A stretch of DNA of 64,000 nt from Sporopachydermia quercuum (Eukaryota): contig BCGN01000002.1 in assembly GCA_001599295.1 (NCBI GenBank), positions 62,001-126,000 on the forward strand, in the 5' to 3' direction. The notes under the pieces are model-generated. The model searched no databases and had not been told where the DNA came from. It saw only the letters and a list, made by a program, of their open reading frames with translations. Of this stretch, positions 23,376-34,216 are shown piece after piece. The position numbers and the translations under genes are program-made. Numbering within the stretch: position 1 is the first letter of the stretch; every line of letters starts with the position of its first letter.

Positions 23376-23663
23376 ATGTTCCAATTCACTGATCTCTTCT
23401 TAGCCATATTCACATTATCAGCCATCAACACAGCTGTATACACGCAAGTGATAAAAATGCCTAATATTGAGTTCTCAGTTAACGTACCAATATATGAAAA
23501 GATAATATATGTTCATTTGCTTCCTATACAGACGTCTGGAATACTCTCAGGTTTAGTATTTCTGTATGTTTGCTATGGTGTCTATTTTAATGTTCATAAT
23601 AACGTGAAGAGATTTGATTATGGAAAGCTGAAAGACTTTGAGCCATCAAAGAAGAATAAATAA
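23376..23663 (+). CDS. Hypothetical small membrane protein (95 aa, two hydrophobic segments, basic tail)
   Basis: ATG at 23376, MFQFTDLFLAIFTLSAINTAVY...GILSGLVFLYVCYGVYF...KKNK; preceded by a pyrimidine-rich promoter-like tract. No family recognised. Confidence 0.45.
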   Translation: MFQFTDLFLAIFTLSAINTAVYTQVIKMPNIEFSVNVPIYEKIIYVHLLPIQTSGILSGLVFLYVCYGVYFNVHNNVKRFDYGKLKDFEPSKKNK

Positions 23664-24888
23664 CGAAATTTGGTTTGAAGGTGACTTTATCTGCGAAATT
23701 GCATGTCATGCAATGTGACAGCCACAGCAACAGGAACAGAGAATGATGAACCAAACAGCCTTTTACCGCGTTGATAATGTGTTTACCAAACCTTTGAGAT
23801 ATCAACCAATTTGATATACTTTCCTCCCTCCTAATAGCATGCATAGCTGTTATCATATTTCTTTAAAAAGGAACAGTTGAACAGCTTTGATCCAGACAAG
23901 CAAGGTACTTGGATATCCGATAGATGAAGAGTTCAGTGATTGGATATTTTGACATCGCATAATCATATATTACATATATCATAAGTTTGTTGAGTAAAAC
24001 TAATTGTGAATAATGAAGTATTGAGATCACCAGCAAAATCAGTCGTCACCAACTACCTCAGCATTAGCAAATATCAAATCTGTTTGGATTAGCCGAAGGT
24101 GGAATATAATACCGGAGAGTAGAAATTAAAGGAAAAAGGACAGGACAGCTCTTTGCAAAGGATATTAATATACTATGCTTTATTATAGTAAAGCAGTAAT
24201 CATTGAAGCTGTTCTTTTATATGAGATGAATTATAATAGATGAGTTGGTAGTAGCTGTTCCCGATATGATGGAGATATCATCAATATTATACCGTATTGG
24301 ATATACAATGAAAGTGATTTTCAAAGTATATCTTCAACAAATATTGACGCTCAATTAAGGGATTCGAAGTCTATGACTATAGATTACGTAATTACCATTG
24401 ATTAATGATAGTTCTCATAGTATTATGAAAAGTTTACACTGAACATTTCTTACCTTCTGACAATTTTCTTTCTCAACTTGATCACACGTTTTGACACTTT
24501 TTGATGGTCTCAACTGCTCGTTAGAACAATTACTTATCTATATTTCTGTACTAGCAAGCCTAACTATAGAAACATAGCTCCACCCTGCATTGCAATTATA
24601 GCAAATATTTTTTGGAATATATATCCAATAGAATGAATGAACGGTTTCTGACGATTAATACTCATCTGCTGTTTCGGACACTGGAACTATATATTTCCTC
24701 TTTTCATNTCATCCAATGAGTATAAAATATTCACCATTAGCATTACCAATGTCCTATTTGTACCTATTTCACTACTTTACTAGCCATATCTTCAGATATT
24801 TCTTTATAACAATGTAATATAACAGATAGCTCATCCTAAATACTCCTCTATACTTTATATCTACCTTACACACATATACATTCCAAAC

Positions 24889-25641
24889 CTACAATGAAGT
24901 TGACACTGAACCTGGTGTAGTTGTGGCTGCTGATGCTGATGCTTGCGCTAAATTTGCAAGCTTTTTCTTCCTTCTAGACTCTCTTAATTTCTTCTCTGTT
25001 GCAACGAAAACTCTTATATTAACATCGAAGTCTTCCCATAAATCGTCATCAATGGGTCTTTTGTCAACAGTTGATTTCTCTTCACCTTCCGCGGTAGAAG
25101 CTGCCGCTATTCGAGAGGCTGTTCGCTTAGCTGCTTCAATTACTCTATCGCCAGGATTGCCTTTGCTTAATGCTTCTATTTCTTTCCTCAAAGATGCTGG
25201 TGGATCTAACCCTTCAGGCCACTTGCCTCCTCCTTGTGAGATGAACGCGCAAGCAGCTTCCCTACGCTTCACTTGCCATTCTTCCAACTCCTCCTTGAAC
25301 GTTTCCCATACACAGTTGATGCATCCACTCATACAGCAGTTATCAGGCTCAGAGGGTCTCGGTGGAACAGTTACACCTGCTACTTTGTATTGTAGATTAG
25401 GATCGCTGCTTCTTTTGAACTCAGGATATTTGGCATCCATTTTTGAACCAAAAATTGTCCTTGCCCTTTCTTCTGCTGTTCCTTTCAGCTCGCTTGAGCC
25501 TGTGAATGACAATGGCATTTTTGGAGTTTTCTTGACGAGATCATAGAAGTAGTATGGATTCTTAGACAGGGGAGAGGNCATGGAGAAATTTCGCGCAAAG
25601 GGAACGATGATAGACGCTTTCCTGAGAGATTGCGGTGTCAT
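24889..25641 (-). CDS. UPF0651 oxidoreductase-like domain protein, probably mitochondrial (YPL107W-like)
   Basis: VPPRPSEPDNCCMSGCINCVWETF motif, presequence-like N-terminus (MTPQSLRKASIIVPFARNFS), C-terminal IRVFVATEKKL. Confidence 0.85.
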   Translation of the reverse strand: MTPQSLRKASIIVPFARNFSMXSPLSKNPYYFYDLVKKTPKMPLSFTGSSELKGTAEERARTIFGSKMDAKYPEFKRSSDPNLQYKVAGVTVPPRPSEPDNCCMSGCINCVWETFKEELEEWQVKRREAACAFISQGGGKWPEGLDPPASLRKEIEALSKGNPGDRVIEAAKRTASRIAAASTAEGEEKSTVDKRPIDDDLWEDFDVNIRVFVATEKKLRESRRKKKLANLAQASASAATTTPGSVSTSL

Positions 25642-27727
25642 TCTGATACAATATGCCAATGTGAACGTAGGAATGCGAGGAAGTTGTTGGTAATAATGAT
25701 GTGTCAATGGTATTGTAGTGTTACTTAGAATGCACACTGATGACTAGTTGAGATGTAATATTGATAGATAGAAACAACTAATAGGAAAAGGAAGAAAAGC
25801 AGGAAGAGCTCTATCCAGATTTCCTCGTTGTTCTATTCTACTCCGATCTTAATCGGTAAAGCAGTTAGTGTGGAATATATTGTATCTTCTACTATGCTTT
25901 GGCGATGTATGTTCGGCAGGAGAATGACTACTGCTGAACAGCACTTTCTATGCAAACGAGAGCTTCTAAGTCTTCAATAACAATTACTGGCTTCTGTTAT
26001 ACTAAGATGAATATTGCGTAAATATTGCAACTGTTCTTTTCAGAAAAAGATTCTCAGAGAAAAGAAAAGCTAAATAGCAAAATCGGTTCTATCGTATACA
26101 TATAACGACCGGGCGCAACGCTGTGAGATCTTCGTTCTGCGTCCTCTAAAGCTGTTGAACTTTTAACTGTTTGAAGGACAATGATAAAATGCTTGACCAA
26201 AAATGCTTGACCAGAAACAATTAAAATACTATGCTTCTCATGCAAATGCAAATATCACTGGTAGTTTCCTCTACTTAGTACGAGTAGAATGGATCCAGTA
26301 GTGGTAACGATTTCCTATTTGTTATATTTCCAATAGGGGTTCTTTCCGATAGATGAGCTTTGCTACTCTTTCTTTTAACTCTTCCCCAATAGATGAAGGT
26401 ACTTGACAGATAAAATCTCTATGACAGAGCCTCTTGATTCTTTCGTTTTGCATAAAAAGAAGTTGACATGAAATGAAAGATGGGCTTGATGTAAAATGAC
26501 TAAATGATAATAAGAAGGTATTCGTAATAGATACATTTTGTTTGGACTGTCTTTGGTGGAGAGCAGCGGACAGTGTGGGGTATGATGTTATCCGGACGAA
26601 TAGGATGCCAATGTACGGACACTTAGAAGGGGTACACTGAAGATAGGAAGGCAACGGTCAGGAAGTAAGGAACAGAGAGCGTGTAGATTTGAAAGGAATG
26701 ATGTAGAAAATAACTTTTCATTCTAAATGGTTTCATGTTCCTAGAATAAAGAATATTTACTTATGTGAATTGCTGTGTGATAATGCACTGTTGCAGTTGA
26801 GTGACTGTGAGCGTGCTTTCATTTCCTGTCCTATAACATATGCGCAGGAACATATTCTAATTGTTAGGTGGGGAATGTCAGAGATGAGAAGGGTTATGGC
26901 GGGCCAATGGTGGAGAAAGTATAGCCTCAGTTGGAAGGAAAGATACGGTTCGTTGAAAGTTTTAGACAGGAATCAGTAAGTGTGAAATGTGGAAGATAGA
27001 ATGAATAGAGACGTTAAAGAGGAAAACCAGGGTACCTCATAACTGTTTTGACTTTCTGAAAAGAGGAAGGGTATGAAACAGAACCCATAATTGAACCATC
27101 AGTTAGAGGAGAAATGCTGATCTGATGATGATATTTGGGCTCTACAAAATTGAGAGCCAAAATTGGCAAGGTGAAGGATTATCTATTCATCAAGCTCAGA
27201 TGTCCTGTAGATTGCACTGGGCTTGAATAGTTCATTGAAAATCAACAATGTATCATCGTATGGCTTTATATATCGGCACGTGACCTGCAATTCTTTAACA
27301 TTCTTATCATTCTCAATTGAACACTTTTTCAATCCATTGAAACGTAATAAAAATAGTATAATTCATAATACGATACCAAAGCTGTGATTATACTATCCTT
27401 TTTGTTTTCTGCTATCCGATTACTGAGCTAATAATCCCTAGTCTCTTCATTATATTCCAAGTAACCTATTATCAAATGAGAGTCTCATTTGAAAAAACCA
27501 GACTCTTAATACCCATCAAAAGGGTCTAGTTTGAATGCTGCTTGTAGTGATGGAACCGGCAAAAAGATACCAGAAAACTAATATGAAAACCAAGAGCTTT
27601 AACAATTTTATTGATAAAATCACTGTAGCCATCATGTACTCTGCTTTATTCTAAACTATTGAAGTATAGCCAGCAGGAAACGGCAGGGTTTTGATGGAAA
27701 AGGTTTTAATTTCATGATCTGTTGCCC

Positions 27728-27754
27728 GTCTGCTACGNCTGCTACGTCTGCTAC
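27728..27754 (+). repeat. Tandem 9-bp repeat (GTCTGCTAC) x3 upstream of PTC7
   Basis: Directly visible; one copy contains an n. Confidence 0.8.
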
Positions 27755-27936
27755 NTCTACCAACTTCGACATTGGGATTCCCGTTGATAGTCGAATTGTT
27801 ATTACCACATATACTTGAACTCTGTCAAATAGCTGTTNCCAGAGCATAGCTGAACCATTGGACCTAGATTCAATATATAGCAACTGTACTCAGTATATAT
27901 ACAAAGCGTACAAGAGTTAATATCTAGAAGGTCGCA

Positions 27937-29240
27937 ATGTTCANCAAGATAATTCGATCGCGGGCAATTTGCCTGTCTGAAGGTGTGAACATTATTCCAC
28001 CAGCTGGAATTCTAACAACTGCAAGAATACTGAATAATACACCTAGCGATAACGGTATGATACACGTTTTACTTCCTGCACCCGGAAAAACTTTTGCATT
28101 TGTACTAAATTTCGTGATACTCAATCTAACCACAAAACTCGAACAGTGAACCGTTTAAATTGTCATTTCAACTTCCCAAGACAGACTAGGTCAAGCATAA
28201 CTAATCCGAGCCTTATACAAGTTGCAAGGAAACATACATTGGCTAATGACTCAAGCTCGGATAAACCCAAAAGTTTTTCAGAGTTTTTTGTGGGCGCTGC
28301 TTTCAAAGGGAAAATGACTCCCCAATCTTCCAAGAACAGCGAGGCACCAAAACCGTTGATCGGCTCTGAACTGTTACCAGCAGATAGACCTAATACAGGA
28401 GAAGATGCATTTTTTATTCAACCCGTGACAGATAAATCAGGTCATTCGGCTTTAGCTCTAGGAGTTGCCGATGGTGTAGGAGGTTGGGCTTCCGCTGGTA
28501 TCAGTTCCTCGGCATTTTCTTACATCTTATGCAGAAAGCTTGAACATATCATGAAATCGGAAGCCAAGATCTCAGAAGATGATCTTCTACAACTTCCAAA
28601 TCCTATTAAAGCTTTAGAAAAATCACACGAAGAAATCAAATCCGAAGATGAGGTACCAGCCGGAAGTTCAACCGCTTGTATCGGAACAATTTCCTCCACC
28701 GGTAAGCTCTCTGTTGCCAATTTAGGAGATTCGTGGTTCGCAGTAATTCGCAATGGGAAAATCGCTCACGCTTCTACTTCACAGATACATGCATTCAACA
28801 CACCATACCAATTAGCTGTGATATCTAAACGGTTGCAAAAGATACTAGGCCCTTCTCGAAGTGGGCATATAGAGGATTTAGCTAAGAACAGCGATGTTTA
28901 TAACATACAGCTAGAGAAAGGAGATGTAGTGGTTTTCGCCACAGACGGATTAATTGATAATGTTTTTCCAGAGGGTATAGAAAAGATAGTTTCGGAAAAA
29001 CTATCGGAATTATCCGACAAGCCTTCCGAGTTAAAATCACAAGGTATTGTTAACAACATAGCTAGAGCTTTAGTGGATAAAGCGTATAAGTTAGGTCTTG
29101 ATAGAAACTATGAAAGTCCTTTTTACAAGGAATTAGTATCTTTTTATACCAAGAATTATCCGAAGGAAAAGATTCCTTTTCATATGTATAAAGGAGGTAA
29201 ACATGATGATGTAACTGTTGTTGTTGCATTAGTTGGTTAG
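27937..29240 (+). CDS. PTC7: PP2C phosphatase Ptc7 (about 403 aa); exons 27937-28054 and 28147-29240
   Basis: TGEDAFF, GVADGVGGW, GSSTAC, ANLGDS, FNTPYQL, ATDGLIDN, GGKHDDVTV. A GTATGA...TCTAAC...CAG intron (28055-28146) joins the ATG ORF at 27937 to the catalytic ORF. Confidence 0.93.
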
Positions 29241-29527
29241 GAAGAATAACCACGGAGCAATTGGAACAATTGGAATAACAGTAAGTAAATAGGAAAGCTT
29301 TATGTCACTTTGAGTGGAGATAGAATAAGTAGCCATGATTGTTTTCAGCTAGAAATTAGTTTAACTTCAGGGTTTTCGGATTATTTATTTTCAAAGTTTT
29401 CCTTAGTTCGTGTAACTGAAAACTATTTTCTACAACCAAATTTCTCCAGCAAAGTGGAATAGCTAACTATTCAATTGCCTTTCTTTACAGTTTCTTTACA
29501 GGCTGTATAAAACTAAACTATACAAAT

Positions 29528-32500
29528 TTAATCAGTCTCATACATAGTGTAATCCATGACTTTTTGTTTAATCCGTTGTTTCATCAATTCTTGTTCCTGT
29601 TGCTTGGTTGACACATTTTTCAGGAATTTTGATGTATCAGGAACAAGAATTGGTCTTCTTTCCTGAGTTTTTCCGTCCCTGGTTAAAAATACGAACGATT
29701 TATTCGGTCGTTTCAGCTTTAATTTATCAGCGGATTCTTTCTCTACATCTTCTGGTGCAGGGATTTCAATTTTAGTGGTTGTTGAATGCGTGGATTGTTT
29801 TATTGTAGCGTTCATAGTTCTGCTGAATTCTTGATCAAAGGATCGTTCCTGTTCAAATAGTCTTTTCAGTCTTTCGGTAGCTAAATCTGTTTCGGAATCA
29901 GACTCGGACTCAGACTCGGAATTATAGTCAGAGTCCGAGTCCGAGCTGGAATCGGAATTACTTCCGGAGTCGGAATTGACATCATAATCACCCTCACCTT
30001 CGATTTCGGCTTCGGCTTCGGCATCATAGTCCGAATCGGAATTAGATTCCGCTTCCGAGTTTGAGCCGGATTCATCATCAGAATTAACGTTTGATTCCGA
30101 GTCAGAGATAATCTTATCTTCGCTACCTGAGTGTACCTCCAACGCGGCCTCTTCATCTGAGAAATCTCCGTTATCGGTTTCCGACTCAACTTCTTTGTCG
30201 GAATCGGAATCCAGCTTGTTTTCTGTTTCCCCGTTTTCTTCCGTGATCGCCACAGAACCTTCCTCTTCTGGCAATTTTATATCCTTCACTTGAGCCTCTT
30301 TAAGCCCGATTCCTTTTAAATACTGTTTCTGATCTTCCAAATCGAAATTACCCGGAATACACAATCCGGGATACTCCTCTTTAGTGTCCACCCAGAACTT
30401 TAATAAACTTCCGTAATGGCTTCCATGGCAGTACTTTTCGCAAGCAGACAATAAACGTTGCTGCGCCACATCCTCAGTCTCGGCCTTGTCATATTTGGCA
30501 TTTCCCCACCCGAAGATGTCATAGAGCATAAACTGAATGTCTAATCTTGGTTCCGGTCTAGTAATGAGGAAATATCGGAAATAACTCACGAATAACTCCA
30601 AATGGGCTTTGATCAGATCCCCTTCCTTTGCAGTTGATTTTTCACTGAATTCCACTAATCCATAGAATAACGTATGAATAACGGAAACCTTCCACCAGTC
30701 ATCATCTCCGCTAAGATTTAGGATAAAATACCCAAGACGGAAAACTACCATATCGGAAATAATATTCTCCATCACTAGGCAATTCAGAAGACTCACTAAC
30801 GGAATTCTTGTTTGCTTCACACTTCCATTTGATGAAGCAAAACTTATCCACAGCCTGGAAATCAGATAATCAATAACTGTAGCAACAAATCTGCGCTTAA
30901 ATGTGTTTATTCTCTTTAATAGATAGGCAACAACTCTGAGGTTATCCAGTTGGTGTAGTTCAGGATATGTGAATACATTAAATAGTTTCTCTAACACAGT
31001 GGGATTGTCCCAGCTTAACTGCGCTATCAGATCAAATGCCCGTATTCTGTTCTTCCAGTTTACAGTATTGTAGAAGAGCTCATCAATGAATAGGATTTCC
31101 AGATTTTCAGAGGAATCATCTTTACCGTTATTCAATAGTGATGAACCTTCATTCTCGGTATTATCACCCCACAATGTATATATAATTTTACTACCGCCTT
31201 GAGTGATAAACTCAACTAATCCATTTACCCGAAGTCTATCATCATCATTGAATTTACTCGGTTCAACAGTTGTCAGTAGTATCTTTACTAGATCTGCCAT
31301 ATACTTATTACTATCGGGATTTCGGAAAAGATAGCCTCCACAGGTTTCAAGCATAACTAGCAAAGGTGCAAGCATGCCACTTTTGAGCCTCTTGATAATA
31401 GTATATATTCTGTTCAAGGATATTTGTAAGGGAATCAAGTCAAATTTGACCAATTCTGCAAATAAATGTAAACTTCTAATCCATTGTTCTCTTGGTGGGA
31501 AGCTCCTTTNTTTAATTCCTTCAATGATTTCATTAGCAAACTCTTCACTATACGATTTGGAGATGATAGCAATGAATCTGCCATAGTAAGGAATAGAATC
31601 GGGATTAAGATTCTGAGGGTCTAGAAAGAAATCGAGCAAGGATTGTTTTGACATCTTACCATTTGAGATGTCTGAGATAATATTTGTAGCGATTTCGGTC
31701 AAATTTGTTGGAGGTTTTATTGATTTTAACGCGTTTAGATTGAGGGTCTGAGAACTGGGGCCCTCCGATAGGAATTCAGGCTGTTTTGATGGTTTCTGAG
31801 AACTGGAAATAATCACTTTTTTCTTCTTCTGGTTTTTACTATTGGGCTTGGCATCTTTTCCGTTTTTCACTGGTTTATCTTCAACAACTTTAGCTTCTTT
31901 TGTTTCTTTTAATTCCTTCTTCTCCAACTTGACTATTTGAATAGCAGGAAATTCTGTATAGAAAGCTCTACTTTCCTTATCAGGCCAAAGTTTGTTCATT
32001 AGCTCCTCTGAATAGTTTCCGGGATTTCCAGACTCTTTATCAGATAGGATCTCTCCTCCAAGCACAGTTATTATGATATTATAGTTATCTTTCAGCTTTT
32101 GTAGAGCTTTTTGCTTATCATTTAAATTGGTCATTTCATAGTCGATATTTTTCACTTGGATTCCAAACTCCCTGTTCCGGTTTTTGGTTACTTCCTCTTC
32201 AATTTTAGTTATTAGCTTTTTAACTCGATCCAAGTGGTTATTGACAAAATCGGAGATCTTTTTCCTATCAGCCGCATTAAATCCGTGATTTTTGTCATAA
32301 TCGGAAGATATAAGACATTCATTTTCATACCGTTTTACTAGCAATGTAAGAGCGCTGATTGAATTGCCAGCAGTTGGTTCCCAGGAAAGAATCTCGGACA
32401 AGAAAATCAATAATATTGGTTGATCAATAACTAGCGTTTTCTTCTGGTAACAGAATTTAGGCAATTGTGTCTCTGTTTCTGATTCCGAGTACAATCTACT

Positions 32501-33298
32501 GTGGGTCTCGGCATCCTGTAAAGATCTGAATACCCCCACAACCGACAATTCAATAACATGACGAAATATGACCTTCTGTTGCTTCAATTTAGATGCTTTT
32601 AACTCGCCTGCTGCTTCTTCTGTCATTCCATCAAAAGCCCCTGTCGGAGGATTTTCAACTATCTTAAGCAGTAGAGTAAGTAATACTCCAGTGAATTTAC
32701 GCCCGAACCTTTGGTGCAAAACGGAAATGATCTCGATGGATGCATTTATATCTATTCCGGTTTTACATTTCAACATTCCTTCAGCTAAAGCAGGTATTAT
32801 TTCATTCAGATACTTTTCTAGTGAAACCGTCCTGATGTCGTTCAAAATATGGGTCATCTGTGAGGCTCCAAGGGTTTGTTGAACCTTCTTTATGAAGCCT
32901 GTGTTTTTCTTCAAACTTCTATCTAAAGTTGCTGTTGGTGTGAACACATCTAAGTTCGATAGTTAGTATATGAGTGCGATACAGGAACAGGAGTTAAGCT
33001 GCTATAATAATAATAGAAATCAAACAATTGAAATAAAAGGTTCCTTACTCTCGCCATTCCAAGTCTTTGTATTTAATTCCCAAAGGATACGTTTCCGTTC
33101 GGGAGTTCCCGACCCAATAGAATCATTGCTCCTACACAGCGGAAATCATATGTTAGTAAGTGCAAGGCAGAATATATGGTAAAGCAGGGACTTAATTCAA
33201 CGCTTGACAAGACATTGAATATACTAATGAAATACCAAACTTTTGACGGCATAACTTGTTCTAAAGTCCCTGGTTTCACCTTTAATTACAACATACAT
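29528..33298 (-). CDS. NMD2: Nonsense-mediated decay factor Nmd2/Upf2 (about 1168 aa); exons 33297-33298 (AT), 33049-33131, 29528-32949
   Basis: Spliced N-terminus MSNDSIGSGTPERKRILWELNTKTWNGENVFTPTATLDRSLKKNTGFIKK matches Upf2; MIF4G motifs (SLEKYLNE, LHQRF, LETCGGYL), acidic tract and Upf1-binding tail; both introns have TACTAAC branch points. Confidence 0.9.
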
Positions 33299-34216
33299 TG
33301 ATATAATTAGCTATGTTTTATGATTAATGGGACATGAGTTCCAATACTTTCCATCATCTCTTGGTAAAAATGATCGAATGATTATGANAAATGAGATTCA
33401 AGAAAGCTCATTCAGAATAACTTCGGACAGATTGAAATCATTCAAGACTCAATTAATCAAAATATCAAGTATTCAGATTGAATAAACCAATGCATTTGTA
33501 TTCTTTAATATGTTTATTCTGTTGATAATATTAGAAGAAAGTAGGAGGAAAAGAAGAAGGGCATGATGTGTGTTGTGGGTGAGTATAGAATGGAAGATAT
33601 GTATAGTGAGACCTGATGTTATTATAAGGGGAAACAAGTGGAGACGATGCAAGAGGAGATGCAATCACGGAAACGATGTGTTTAAAATGAAGAAGGTTAT
33701 GACTAGCATAATGCAATAGATACTGAAGGCAAAAGACAATCATATAAGCCAGCTCTTAGGCTGGGCAATTTGAGNAGATTGTGGTTTTTATAATAATTTC
33801 TTTCTACTATTCCTACATGGATAAACACATGAAAGAATGGAGAAAAGTCAATCAATATTGAACCACGTGACAATATTATATCCGACTCCAGGCATATGAT
33901 ATATCGTTTCCAATATACTCATATACCTGGAGTATAATCAGATATTCTAATAGTAATCAGCTCTATTAATCATCATCTGCTATACTTCAATGCAATAATG
34001 ATCTGTTAAGTGTCACATATTTCTCATTTGGTCNTCTCGTTCGGAATAAATATTCCTAGATCAAAACCGTTGGGCCAACCCATAAAGCTGTCTTTACCCG
34101 NATGCAACACAATTGGTAGTAACATCTGCCTACTCCGCAACGTCCCTGTTAATTTACATTGAATTTGAATTACAACCTATCTTTTCTCAGTCTCTGGCAC
34201 TTCTAATCTATCCACT

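Noticed and set aside
26322..26450. Protein-like minus-strand ORF tail MQNERIKRLCHRDFICQVPSSIGEELKERVAKLIY
   Set aside because: Only 43 codons from the ATG and no recognisable family; it could be a decayed element, but this cannot be supported by eye.
26655..26680. TCAGG...GTAA...AACAG resembling SRP RNA helix 8
   Set aside because: The flanks do not base-pair and there is no fungal Alu-domain start.
29880..30110. TCGGA-rich repetitive DNA in NMD2
   Set aside because: It simply encodes the Ser/Asp/Glu acidic tract of Upf2; it is not a CRISPR array or an independent repeat.
34050..34090. ATATTCCTA identical to the snR30/U17 m1 motif
   Set aside because: No AAACCAT m2 motif with an ACA box 7 nt later; the motif is part of a small local palindrome.
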